DNA of 64,000 bases from Bispira polyomma (lineage: Eukaryota): positions 42,904,001 through 42,968,000 of the forward strand of contig OZ287749.1 of assembly GCA_965649765.1 (NCBI GenBank), written 5' to 3'. Shown here in pieces: positions 12,768 through 26,257 of the stretch (positions are counted from its first letter, which is position 1; every line of letters starts with the position of its first letter). The position numbers and the translations under genes are program-made. The notes under the pieces were generated by a model. That model was given only the letters and a program-made list of their open reading frames with translations, ran no database searches and was not told the origin of the DNA.

Positions 12768-15700
12768 TCGACATGTGACATAGTGACATGTGTATAAACC
12801 AAAACTACATACAATAAATGTAGAACAAATACAATACACCCAGCCCACCAGAGAGCTTATAAGTCACTTTAAACTAATACAATCAATAATGTGTGGTAAC
12901 ATGGAGAAAATATAATTATTAATTACTTTTAGGAATAAACTTCAGCTTTTCTTATGTTCCATGCTTTTTCAATATAGATATGTAGAGGTCTAGAATTTAG
13001 TTGCATAATTTTTATAAATCTTTCTTCTTCTGAAATTAAACTGAAATCATTTATTTCTTTTTGCAATACTTGGTACAACTGTAATCTTTGCATGGAGTAT
13101 AAGTCTCATTCACAAACAAAATGATATTCATCTTCTACTTTATCTTTACACCAGAAACATTTTCTGTCTTTAACAGGAGTATTTGTATATCTACCGGTTT
13201 CAATAGCAAGCGGTAATATCCCCATACGTAATTGGGCAGTTAACTTCTTTGATATTTTGACATATTCCATTTTATGTAATTTTCAGTCTCAAGATTGCAT
13301 TTAAATTTCTTGTAAACTCTTAATTTAGGCTTACAGCTTAAGTTAACTCTCCATGTAGATTCAATATGGTCTTTTATTTGGCCTTTTATATGATTTATGT
13401 CTAACTTAGTATCTTGAGTAATATCATTAATTCCAAATAGAGACATTATATTTCTAAATTTGCACACCCAATTGAAACAGGTAGACTTGTCACATTGCAT
13501 TTCATATAATAACCATTCTTTTGGAATTCTATTGTTATCTAACTGTATTAAGTTATTCCAAAAACGACACATATTTAAATATCTTTGATACTTGATTGGA
13601 ATCCATGCAGCCTCACTCATAACAGCAGGTATTGGGGCCTTATTATGAACACCAAGATAATATCGCATTATATGTAATTGTAGCTTGTTACCATATTTAT
13701 CATCACAATAACCCCACACAGCTGAGTTGTAATTCGTTATTGGGAAAACACATGTCTCGCATAATTTTTCAAATATATTGAAACCCACACATTTAATTTG
13801 TTTTATCTTAGACACAATTCCACCAAATGCTCTTTCAGCTGCTTCAGACATAATTTGTTCACACTTTTTGAAGTTCAGATGGTCATCCAGTAAAACACCT
13901 ACGTATTTATAACAGTTAACTACTTCTATATAATTTTTACCTATGACAAATTTATTCTTTGTTAGCCTTTTTCTTGTTTTCCTAAAGTGAACAATTTCAG
14001 TTTTTGAGGTATTTATACTTAATTTCCATTTATCACACCATATATTTATAAAGTTTAACATTTCTTGAAGACATATTTCATTGTCTGCTATGACTGCAAT
14101 ATCATCTGCATATAAAAGTACCGATATATTAACATTTCCTACTTCATTACCGAGGTTCAGCTTGTTTAATTCTACTGCCAAATCATTTACAAATATACCA
14201 AACAGTGTTGGTGATAGGGTATCACCTTGTTGAACCCCACTTTCAGTAACAAACCAATTTGATAGATAATTATTTAATTTAATGCAGGATGTTGTGTTAG
14301 CGTATAAGGACTTAACAGCATTGTATATTTTTCCAGTGATATTACACTTTAGCAGTTTATGAAATAATAAATTTCTATCCACCCAGTCAAAGGCTTTACT
14401 CATGTCAATAAAACATACAAATGTGTCTTTATTATCATTCATTCTGTTCTTAATTATAGATGTTAATGTGTAAATGTGTTCTTCACATGATCGCCCATGC
14501 CTAAACCCATTTTGTTCCTCAACAATAGTATTAGTATCATCCAAAAACTTAACAATTCTATTGTTGAGAATACCACTATAAACTTTTGCAATACATGAAA
14601 GAAGACTTATACCACGGTCATTTAATGGCACATTAGGATCCTTATCTTTGCCCTTTGGAACAGGGGTAATAATTGATTTTAGCCATAACTCAGGCACATA
14701 GCCATGTTGAAAACAATTGTTAAATAGCATTGTTAATGGTATTAATATTTTCTCACAATTAAGAATTTCATTAGGGATTTTGTCAAGACCGACACTTTTA
14801 TTAATTTTCAACTTTTTAATCATTTTTTTAACTTCATAAACTGAAATTGTTTCATTTAACATATCATTATTTGTATCATTTTCATATAAATCTAAGAGAT
14901 CCTTTTCTTTCAACATGATATTATAATCAATGTCATTTAAATTGTCATCTATTTATTATATAGACCTTTAAAATCATTTCCCATTTTTTGAATACAGTAC
15001 TTTTATCTGATGTAATTGAACCATCGTCTAGTTTCACATTAGCAGATGTATTACTTTTCATTGGTCCAAGCTTATTAATTCTATTCCAAAATTCTTTAGG
15101 ATTTTTAGTATTTAATACTTCTAAAGTTTTGCTAAAATGTTTATAATAATTTCTTTCAGTGTTTCTCAGTTGTTTGTCAAATTGACCTCTGCTTATCTTA
15201 TATTCATTTTGTAACTTTCTCTTAACATGATTTGGACCTTTACATTTTCTGAAATTCAGTTCTTTGTTTTTCATCAACTTCCAGTAATATGTCAAGTTAT
15301 CATTCCAATATGGCTTTGAAAACTTTAGTTTCTTTTTACATATCTTACTGCAAGTTTTATATCCTAAGAATTTGTCCATTTCTGCATAAATTAATCTACA
15401 GAACTCGTCATAAAGTGTATCAATATTACCTTTCACATTTAGGTTATTTTCAAAGTAACATACAAGTTCATATATATTAGTACGCCAAATATCATTGTTC
15501 ATAAAATCAACAGGAGCAGTCTCATATTTAAATTTTTTGGTTTCCCACAGGTGATAATTTATACCATTTTCACTATTTTCATTATTCTCTCCATGACACT
15601 GATTTTGTTCATTACTACATAATTCTTTAGGCACTTCTAATGATGAAAACAAAATTTCAACAGTAATAACTGAATGATCTGGAGCACAACAATTTGATGA

Positions 15701-16295
15701 TAACATTTCAAATACCTCACCTTCTTGCAGAATTGAATTTATTGGTATTACTTTACAACTTTTACACATCTTGAGACTCTCATATGGGGACAAAAAGTAA
15801 TCAACCACACTTTTACCTCTTGGGGAGATGAAGGTGAACTCTAACCCTAAATCCAACATCTTTTATGAAGTCTACAAACAGTTCACCATAACTATTTACA
15901 GTAGAGTCAACTATATCATGATTAATTAGTACATTATCAATGTTACTGATATCCTTAGAATTACCAATTCGTGCATTAAAATCTCCACATATGTACATTG
16001 CATCACAATTACTGTTTAGATAAATCATAGGTACTGTTTGCATAAACAGATCCATACGGTGGTAAATAACAAACAAACAAAACAAAACAAATTTGAAACC
16101 ACTTTCTTTCTGCAAAAATTCACCTACTAATATACCATCATAGGACTTGTCAATAATATTTACATGAAATGATGTTATGATGGCATCTTTCACAAAGAAA
16201 CCAACACGACCTGAACCTTTTTTAGCCTTTTTATTTAATTTGGACCTGTTAAAACCAAACCATGTATAATTTGTTGTATTTATGATATTAAAATG
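12768..16295 (-). mobile_element. 5'-truncated, disrupted non-LTR retrotransposon ORF2 (APE endonuclease + RT), RTEX-like
   Basis: Endonuclease motifs KGSGRVGFFV, ICGDFNARIG, SVVDYF and DHS. RT in 13240-14916 (FIDMSKAFD, GVQQGDTLSP, LLYADD). After a premature stop: LRMGILPLAIETGRY..CFWC...EDEYHF. Absent from copy A. Confidence 0.92.
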
Positions 16296-17968
16296 CAGAT
16301 ATCAGGGGACATTGTATTGAGTTGCAAAGCACTCCCTCTTTCCCCCCAAAAAATGCTGACAACAAACTATACACAAGAGCTAGTACTACCAAATCATTCT
16401 GTGCACAAAATTGGGTGTTGTCTTGAGATTTTTTAGCAGTTAATGACAATACTACAGGAAAGTAAAAAATTCACTGTAATTGATTTCGAAAGTATGGAAT
16501 GAATTTCACTGAAACTGTAATTCAAGAGCATATTTATATGGAATGAATTTCACGGCAGAAAAGTACGAGTTCTTAAGTTAGAGTTGGAGTGATGGTAAAA
16601 ATGAACACAATCTACGAGTTTGAGTCAGAGTTACTGTGGAGAAGTTGTGTTGGTGTGTGTGCCACTTCTGATGTTTAAAGAAATGTGAGTTTATTTTTTA
16701 TCTCCCTGTTATTTTTGTCCTCCTCTTCTCTCTAAAGCTGACATCTACAGCCCTGATGTGGGTCACATCAACTAGATAGCCCCCAAGTCTCAAAATTATG
16801 ATCCAATTATTGTCATGTTGTTGTATGGATCTGTTGAGGGGGGGGGGGGGGGGGGGTCTGTTTTTTTTCTGTCTGAGGTTAATCAGATGAGCAGTGGAAT
16901 GTTTGATCCTGTTCCCCAGGGACACGCAACTTGAAACCAGCCATCTGGATTTGGGCACTCCCAGCCCCATAGTGATAACGGAGGCTGTCTCTTTAAGATG
17001 ATCTATATTGTTGTAGTGTATCTCCAGTCTATAAGGGCCCATTGTTGTATTAAAAGTTATAATATATATTAGAAATATGACAACTTCATGTGGTGAAGTG
17101 TACTTGTTTTAGCAGGCGCAGCCTGATCTTGTTTTTATTCTGAATAAGAGCACCGCCATCTTGGAAATAATATGTAAGGTCTTCATTGAAAGTGAGGGGT
17201 GTCCGATTTATTTTCATCAGGTGCAGCCTGGGGCCTGAGTATATAGGTGACCATATCAACGTTAGTGTATTTCACACTGTGTGTCTGTGTCTCTTTTAAA
17301 AAACAGCTCTTGTTGAAAGCCGTGCCATATGTAATAATTGGGATTTGATGCAAGAGTAAAAGTAACAAACCTAAAAGGCAACTCAGTTCATTAATATCCT
17401 GCTTTAGTGGTTAGGTAGTTGGTGGGTGAGTGACAGGTCCCCCGTTTGACTCCCACTAAGACCTTAGGGTTCATTGGTGGAATAACATCCCACACACCTC
17501 CCCCATTTACAAAGTATTGGTTCCACTGATGCAAGGATTAACAACAACATAGGCTTTTTCACACAAATCTAGATCATTAAATCTAACCTTTTCTTGTCGC
17601 CGATTCCAATTCGGCCGATTTTAAAAATAAAAAATAAAATATGTTTCTTCTTCATTGGAATCACGTTTTGAATGTGAATATTCTACCAAAAAAAAACAGA
17701 AATCAGCCAGATCTGCCGATATTTGTTATCACATGAAAGTTCTTACACTGTAGGTTTTGGGATATAAAATATTGGCCGATATATATCTAACATTGGGAAG
17801 CCTAGGCTGACCTGAATTTCATGTAGAGTAGAGTTACCTCTTAATTGTAGTAAAGTATCAATAAACTAACACACTAACTAACAAACACCACATCTCTAAT
17901 ATTTAACTTTTAACCAGCCACATCCTTCATACTTCCAGTAATAGATCCTGTTGCTAGAAAGCCAACTA

Positions 17969-18869
17969 AAGCCCCGGTCACACATTGCCGGTATGGTAGA
18001 CGGTATTACAAGGTAGCAGAAGTTAATGTAACTTGTCTTTCCGCCTATTAAATCGGCTGTTCTGTCTATACAAAATATACTATGTGAAAGTTGTCCAAAT
18101 AAGTTTTAATGCTAATGTTGTTACTTCTATAGTGCCACAATTGGTGGCCAGGTATCCTCTGTGGCGCATATCCTAATGAGTGTGCAAGAAGATAGTCCGA
18201 TAGATGGAAAAAGGTTTGTGATCAGAGTTCAGTCGTGACCAGCCGACAAATGCTAAGATGGGAAAGCGAGCTGATACAGATGTGTTTTAAGCTTTTTTCT
18301 AAAGCCTCTGATGCTTGTCTCAGTTCGAAGACTAGTAGGGAGGCTATTCCACTTAACAGGTGCTGCAACTAGGAATGATTTTGAACCAGGCAAATTTTTG
18401 GGTAGGAAACCGGAGGTGGAGAGACGATTACTTCTGGTGAGATTGCTAATAGACAGCATAGATGATAAGTAGGCATTGGAGTGTCTTACAAATGAGGACA
18501 ATTACCTTAATTTCAATACGTAACTCAATAGGCAGCCAGTTTAATAGTTTGAGCAGAGGTGTTGTGTGAGAACGAGGACAGAAAAATACGGGAAAACACG
18601 ATACTACTAACATAGACTTACATTAGTAAAATGGTAATACACGCAAACAGCTGCTACCGGATGGAAACAGGCGGTAACTGGAGGCAGAGTTACAGTAATT
18701 AAACAGAAATCGTCAGAACGAGTGAACATGTTCTAAAATTTGGTCTCGCACGGCCGACTGTGAAATGTTCGGGGAGGAAGCTAAATTCAGATTAAGTTAT
18801 AGATAGGGTTCACGGTTTTTAAAACATCTCAAACCGCCTATCTATACCACCATAGTGAGACTAGGGCTT
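17969..18869. mobile_element. MITE copy interrupted by an L2 fragment
   Basis: TIRs aagccccggtcacac ... gtgagactagggctt; paralog of 8679-8983. Confidence 0.65.
18109..18576 (-). mobile_element. L2-clade LINE 3' fragment
   Basis: SFLVAAPVKWNSLPTSLR...FRKKLKTHLY is a typical L2 ORF2 C-terminus, followed by a tail. It sits at aagtttta|gacagaaaaa relative to copy A (~8818). Confidence 0.85.
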
Positions 18870-20389
18870 TAGTAATTTTGAGTGATTAAACACTTTAGCT
18901 GGCTATGGGTCTCTTTAAACAAAATAATGCATCAATCTTTTATTGCCAGCAGTAAATCCTTGTCCAAAAGTGATTTGGCAATTTAGTTTTTCTCAATCTC
19001 ATAATGTCGATGATACATATTTTAAAGCAACCAGTGAAAGCATTTTAGTATAGGAATCATCATAGATATGTAAGATCAATGCATTAGTTGAAAATAGGGG
19101 CTAAACAGAACAAAGAGCACTCAGTAGAGCACAATTTGACCTCGGCCATTGGGTACAAAAGAGAAAGGGTCTGTGCTTTAGCTACAAATGTAGACCTATG
19201 ACAGTCAGTTGATACTTGACAGCCCAGGTCAGACAAGTATTGAGCTGGGCCTCCATCTTTCCATGGTAGTCAGACAAGCAAACCTTTTACTTTTTCCAAC
19301 TTCGATACCAATTTCCAGTTTTATGAAATACACGAGTCAGATTATTTTTAACTTTAGATAACTTGGTTTTTTACTATGTAAGTAATTATTAACCCCTGAT
19401 GTTCAGGACCTATAACTTTTATCTCTGACCACCAACTTTTTAGAGTTGCAGGTCCTGGGATCCACCAAGTATTTGACATGACTGTCATACACTGCTTGAT
19501 AGCATATCAAAAAGGTGACGAATAACATTTTACCAAAAACACCCATCATATTTATATGCACCAAAATTTAATGGTTTGTTTTTCTACAAATTAGTTTTTA
19601 ACTTCTACCAGGGATCAAATTTGCAAAATATTTTTGCAATTGCAATGGATTTAAACTGCAGACAGGCTGCCTTCTATTCTTGTCTTAGAAACTTTAGACA
19701 GGTTACAGTATCTAATGTGTAAGACGTGATTCCTTCAAGTCCTCCAAATCAATCTGCCTCTATAGATCCCCTGTGACATACAACACATGCTGGAACCACC
19801 AGAACAGACCACAGATAACTCTCTATGAGTAGTCACACTGGGAGACAATGCTCCTCTTTTGGTGTCTGGTATTTCACTGAATTGATGAAAGCATCGAATG
19901 ACTACTCACTATTGCATGATAAACTCACTCAAGGCACACATACACAGACTTTAATGGAAATCCCCGCACACACCACAACACACACACAGATAAATCTCAG
20001 TGCAGAGACTTTTTTTTTTGCACTTTAGTTTTTTTAAGTCTGATCTATTGGATCACACGAAAGCGTTAAAAGGAATAAAGCCAGCTAGTTTTCTTGTATG
20101 TTCTGATTGACACACATAGAAAGGTCAAATATGGGACATAAGCATAAAAATTAAACAAAAATCATAGTTGTTACTTTATGACAAAATTGCAAAATTTTAA
20201 TTACCTTTGTACTGTTAGGCCTAGGCTTTGAAAGCCTGTAGGTATGGCCAAGACTGTAGAGGCCATCTTTTTTGCCGATGAAATTAGATATAAAAAAATA
20301 TGATTATTATGATGACATTAATCCTGGACCACATCAAATATGGCAATATTGGTCCATACATTTACCCTGCACACAACTGTATAGCCACA

Positions 20390-21243
20390 CTATGCTCTAA
20401 TATCTACTTGACCATTGATGAAATGATATATTTTTAACGCATCTAATTGATGCTTGGCATCTTCTGAAGCGCAACATTATTGACAAAGTTGTTAAAATCG
20501 TAGTCCATTGACCTTGAAGTTTTTACAGTTTTCAAAAACGTTCTGTGTTGAATTGGTTTTTTTTTCACCAAATCCCAGCAACTTTCATACATTTACTAGA
20601 CACATTCTACTAAAAGCAAACATGTACAGTCTAATATGTCTTAAACATTTAAAGATATAACCTTGACATTTTCAGATAACCATATTATATCTCAGGAGTT
20701 TGTTAGTCAACATTTTTGTTCTCTATAGGGTATTGAGTTCAAGCTACGACCTAACTGACCTTTATCTTGTAAAGTCTTCTCTGTACTCTTACATCAGAGA
20801 CATGTTATCAGAGAATGTCACAATTGATACCAATAAACCGCCCTATGCTCTGATATCCACTTTATGACCTTTGACCTTAAAGTTATTACAGTTTTTTTTG
20901 TCTGTATTCTTAACATCAGAGAACTGTGATAAAAGAATGTTCAAAATTGATAGAAATGACCCACACTGTGGTCTGAGATCCATGAAATAATCTTTGACCT
21001 TGAAGTTTTTATAGTTTTTTAGGGAACTGTTAGCAAAGAATTCATACAAATAGGCCTTACTATGCTCTAATATCTACTTGACCATTGATGAAATGATATA
21101 TATTTAACGTACCTAATTGATGCTTGGCATCTTCTAAAGCGCAACATTATTGACAAAGTTGTTAAAATCGTAGTCCATTGACCTTGAAGTTTTTACAGTT
21201 TTCAAAAACATGCCGTGTTGAATTGGGTTTTTTTACCAAATCC
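20390..21243 (+). repeat. Near-identical ~185-bp direct repeat (20390-20575 and 21060-21243) within a gaccttga-rich interspersed repeat
   Basis: ctatgctctaatatctacttgaccattgatgaaatg...accaaatcc occurs twice; 20655-20730 also resembles 4215-4295. Confidence 0.8.
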
Positions 21244-21534
21244 TATTATATTTAGGGAAGACTTTGACCATGGTGTTTTTATAAAAACTGTCATAGTTGA
21301 TTTTAATACATGTGAAGCGTGAAAGAGAGTTGCGCCCCTTGCCGCCGGATGCTACGGGGTGGGTTAACACTCGGTCTGGTTGCTTGCTGATTAACCAGCT
21401 GTTAACCCCCTACCCTTACAACCTTGCTATGCCCATGGACTTTACGATTGGATCACTGATTCTGCTGCTGCGCTTTAGCAGATGCCCAGCATCAATAAAG
21501 CGCGTTGAAAATGTATAATAATAATAATAATAAT

Positions 21535-21770
21535 TTATTACCTCTGCCAGGGAGGAGGTTATGTTTTCCCCACATCTGTTGATTTGGTGTGTTTGTTTAC
21601 AGAAAAACTGCTGAACTCATTTACACAATTTTTTTTTTTAACAGGAATGCGGCATGGGCCCACGAAGAATCTCTCAAGAGACTCACTATGAGTGGATCCA
21701 GATACAAAGGATGGATGTAAGAAAAAAATTTCACTTTTCCACAACTTTGTTCTAACTGTCCACTGAGTAG
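21535..21770 (-). mobile_element. Helentron/HINE-like element, reverse copy
   Basis: ttattacctctgccagggaggaggttatgtttt matches the reverse complement of the 3' stem at 5440-5466. Confidence 0.55.
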
Positions 21771-22764
21771 AATATTTTACAAACTATGATTTTCAAAGGG
21801 TGGTTAAAAATAAGAAAACAGAAAGAAAAAGTACTTCGAAATCTGAACTTTTAATATCAAAAACAAAAAAATATATACAATTTTTTTTCTTTTCTTAAAA
21901 ATATTTTATTATAAGATCATTTTAATACACTATTTATATATATTTATATATCATCACCAATCACAACCAATGTAAGTCACAATTTCATTATATATCAGAA
22001 ACTAAATATGTTTTATTTATAAAATGTGTCTTTAGTAATTTTAAAATCATCTCAAGCAATATGGTAGTTTCAAGTTATCTAAAAAGAATTTACTGAATAG
22101 AAACCTCTGAATTAGTAGAACTCTATATAGTAATAGTAAAACTCTATTACGTGAGTGCTGACATGGGAATAAATACAAATAATAGAAAAAAAATTAGAGA
22201 AATTAGAATATTGGAAAGGAATACATGCACTTTTATTGCTTGGAAAATAGAAATTCAGACAATAGAGTATTTATTAGTTTATACAGACATAACACCCTTA
22301 TTTTTTCACGAAATTTACTCTGGCCTAGTGTAAAAACTGAAATACAGTAAGTACATACAGAACTGATATTTATATTTCCACTGAAGTACTAGCATTCAGA
22401 TTTAAAATTAAATGTAAACTCTTTGTAGATTATCTAATAGAAGAAAATGCAAAATATTATATAACACGATTTTAAGATAATAAATATAAGTGTGAACTGA
22501 ATCTTACAATGACAGTATTGTCGTAATTATAAAACTTCCATCTCACTTAAGTTATGTTTTCCAAATAAAAACTATAATAACAGGACTGTTAAAGTCTGTC
22601 ACAATTTTTGGACAATGGGGCACACAGTGTAGGCCTACACACAGTATACACAATCTGATATTAATTTTTTGAAGACCAAATCTATAGACTATAACCACGG
22701 TTAACTATTACTTAGTGGCTAAATTGTTTATTGATATCAGCAATATTTGCGGTATAGTTAGAGT

Positions 22765-22984
22765 AAGGAATCTAAATTTCCCCACTGTATCTGAAATTGG
22801 CCACCTATAAAATTGAAGCCAAATCAATAAAAAAAACGGCAAAATATAACTAGAACTTTAGTAAGTACGGCAAAATAGTCACAAAAATCTTAATTTCAGC
22901 AAATATTACCTACAATTTTACCAAAAACACAACATTTTCTCGGAGGTGAATTTTTGATACAGTGGCGAATTTTAGATTCTCTAT
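22765..22984. mobile_element. MITE with ~40-bp TIRs
   Basis: gaatctaaatttccccactgtatc ... gatacagtggcgaattttagattc. Confidence 0.65.
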
Positions 22985-23799
22985 ATGTAAGCAATTATCA
23001 ACTGAAAATTGTCTTGACAAAAGAATGTTTAAGTTTCTTTGCATGCCACAATAAAGGCCAATATTGAAATAATTGTACATTTGATATTCTTCTCATGATA
23101 CACAAACAATTTATTTACCTGAGTATCAATACTTATATAATATGGCTGAAAATATTATATTTTTCAATAATTTTAGCAATGGGTGACAAGGACAAAGTTA
23201 CTACAGTGTTCATCACACACTAATTATTTTTCAAACTATTTCATTTAAATTGAACTTACAACTTTCACAAATTTGGAATAATAATGAAGTTAAATATTTA
23301 TTACACCAAAAATATATATAGTTAGAAATGCGTTGTTTATGACAAATAAACTATGTATTAAGCTTTTAAGTTTTTCATTTCTTATATACATGTAGTGATT
23401 TTAAATTTATTCTTTGGAGCAAGCTTTTAATGACACAAAAAGATCAAATAAACATTGAACATATTCGCAATACAAAACACATTTACACAATCAAGACAAA
23501 ATTTACAGATTAAACATAACAACATAACAAAAAACTTAAGGATGCACTAAATACTAAATTAACGTTAGCTTTGAGAATTTATAACAGAACAATAAAACAA
23601 AAACAGATAATCAAAACAAAATGTATTATTATGAAAACTTAAGTTAATAAATTAATAATATGAGCACTAAATAGTATAATACTAACTTAAACTAGTATCT
23701 AGTATTGCTGCAACATGTTTGTAAAAGGACGGTATCTTGTGCAAATAACAAAGTGAAATATTTTAGAATAGCCACCAGTGCTCCAGCAATAAAGGTTGA

Positions 23800-24490
23800 A
23801 AAGTGGCAGATTGAATTGAATGGCAAACGTTTAGAAATTAGTCCTAGAAGTGGCCGAATGAATTGATTGGCAAACCTTTAGACTTGGTCTCAGAAGTGGC
23901 TGAATTAATTGACTTGCAAACCTTTAGAAATTGGTCTCAGAAATGGCCGACTAAATTGACTTGCAAACCTTTAGACTTGGTCTCTGAAGTGGTTAAATGA
24001 ATTGACTGGCAAACCTTTAGAAATTGGTCTCAGAAGTGGCCGAATGAATTGACTTGAAAACCTTTAGACTTGGTCTCAGAAGTGGCCGAATGAATTGACT
24101 TGCAAACCTTTAGACTTGGTCTCAGAAGTGGTCGGATTAATTGACTGGCAAACCTTTAGAAATTGGTCTCAGAAGTGGCCAAATGAATTGACTTGCAAAC
24201 CTTTAGAAATTGGTCTCAGAAGTGGCCGAATGAATTGACTTGCAAACCTTTAGAAATTGGTCTCACAGGTGGCCGATTGAATTGACTTGCAAACCTTTAG
24301 AAATTGGTCTCAGAAGTGGCCGATTGAATTGACTTGCAAACCTTTAGAAATTGGTCTCAGAAGTGGCCGTATGAATTGACCTGCAAACCTTTAGAAATTG
24401 GTCTCAGAAGTGGCCGAATGAATTGACTCGCAAACCTTTAGAAATTGGTCTTAGAAGTGGCCGAATAAATTGACTCACAAACCTTTTAGA
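23800..24490. repeat. 46-47-bp minisatellite, ~14-15 copies
   Basis: Unit aaacctttagaaattggtctcagaagtggccgaatgaattgacttgc; starts at 24197, 24244 and 24291 give a 47-bp period. Confidence 0.97.
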
Positions 24491-25909
24491 TACGATTGGA
24501 TATTTATTTTAAAGATGTAATACACATTGTTTTAGCATAGCAACCTTATGGATAATAATTTCATACATTAATTTCAAGCACTTAAATATATATTTACAAA
24601 TCATGACAGCTGATTGCGCTCTAAACCAAAGACACCTTTTAGGATTGAAATTAGAATTTGTTATTAAGTATAAACAGTTGTTCTCGTATGAAATTTGGGA
24701 CTGCCTTGATAAGTATCTGAAATACTGTTAGTACCAGTATGTCCCAATGATTTAGTATGCTACATTAGGCTTATTCGAGTGGCATAGAATTGAGTACCTG
24801 TTTTTAGCCATTGAACAAATTTTCTATTCGATTGGCCACTTTTAAAACTTTTCTTCCCTAACTTGACGTATTACCGCAAAACTTTACAAAATCGTGTTTG
24901 ATTAGAGCTACAAAATTCAGTAAATTGGGCTCAACAAAGATTTAAAAAGTGCCTAAAGGAAATTACCGCTCGAATACTGCAATTGTTTACGTTTTAGTTA
25001 GGTTTTTTCTTAGACATAAAGGGGTCAGTTACTATCAAACATATGTCAAGTATGATCATATATGTGGTTAATAACATTAACTAACATTTAAAAATCACAA
25101 GATAGAGACAACAAACAATTTAACATATAATGAAACTGTGGTCAAAACTAATGCTTGTTCATTTGGTTCAAGTGTACACAATATTATTGTATTAAAGTTT
25201 TAAACATTTTTTTTTTTCACCAACCTGATTTAGTAGTAAAATAAAATATGTTTTGAAACCAAGATAAAAGAATATTCTAATCACATTTCCATACACCATA
25301 ACACAAACACTATATCAAATCTGTACTTAATTTTCTGTAAAATAATTTGAATAATCAATAATGATTCAATAGTATTAGACTACATTGTCAAAGTTTTTCT
25401 CACATAAACCAAACTTTATATGTATATATAATAATTCTAGACTATTAATCGTCTCTTCATCTGTTCCAATAATACGTAAAACATCTTCCATTTTCTTCTT
25501 TGCTTTTAAAATTCTTATTTGTACAATGACCAAGTACAAGTATTACAAACATGGAAATTTCATGCGATTGTGACACTAAATATACATAATAGACAATTTC
25601 TCTTTTAAGAAACTAATCTTTAATAAGGGTTCAAACCATAGAGTTCTACTTTCCTGCTCAGGAATGCAACATTTTAACAATTAGAGTTTAAAAAATTACA
25701 TTTTTCTGAAAAAAAAAAATTAATTTTTCTAAATTTTTAAAAAAATTACGTATTTCTCCAAAAGTACATACACAATGGGACTGTTGATATCTTATAGTTT
25801 CTAGTGTTATCGGATTTAGTTAAAACTAAACTAAGCCAGTTTTATTATGACTCTAGTCTCTTTATACATATTACTTGCTTACATTTTTTTTAGGCTTAGG
25901 TAATATTAC

Positions 25910-26257
25910 TGGGGCCATATTTACAAAGAATCTTGTTTTTAAAATTATTCTTATTCCTAGAATTTTTCTTAATCTAAGAATTTTCCAAGTAAAATTCTGA
26001 GAGAGTAAAAATATTCACATTTAGTGCTTTCTTGATTTAAGATTTTTTTTTTTTTAAATAATTACTACCGAGATACTAACAAAGTTGACAATTTTTGTAC
26101 CTTTCTTAGGTTTTAGCCTCATTTAAATTTTTTCTTCAAAAAAATCTTAAAAAAGGAATGAAGCCTATTTGAAAATTGTTCTTCTTAGAAATTTTCTTAT
26201 CAATTTCTTAGTCTGAGAAAATTTCTAAGGACAAGAATCTTTGTGCATATGGCTCCC
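25910..26257. mobile_element. MITE, PIF/Harbinger-like
   Basis: TIRs ggggccatatttacaaagaatcttg ... caagaatctttgtgcatatggctcc. Confidence 0.7.

Larger units (their letters stand above)
11353..19652 (+). repeat. Tandem segmental duplication, copy B
   Basis: Starts immediately after copy A and ends with the same tttttgcaattgcaatggatt sequence. Confidence 0.93.

Noticed and set aside
13240-14916. Intact or domesticated RT gene, or a retron/DGR-type RT
   Set aside because: It is one piece of a frameshifted APE-RT LINE ORF2 with a premature stop before the C-terminal Cys/His motif.
23800-24490. CRISPR-like array
   Set aside because: The units are contiguous with no unique spacers, there are no cas genes, and the context is eukaryotic. 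It is a minisatellite.
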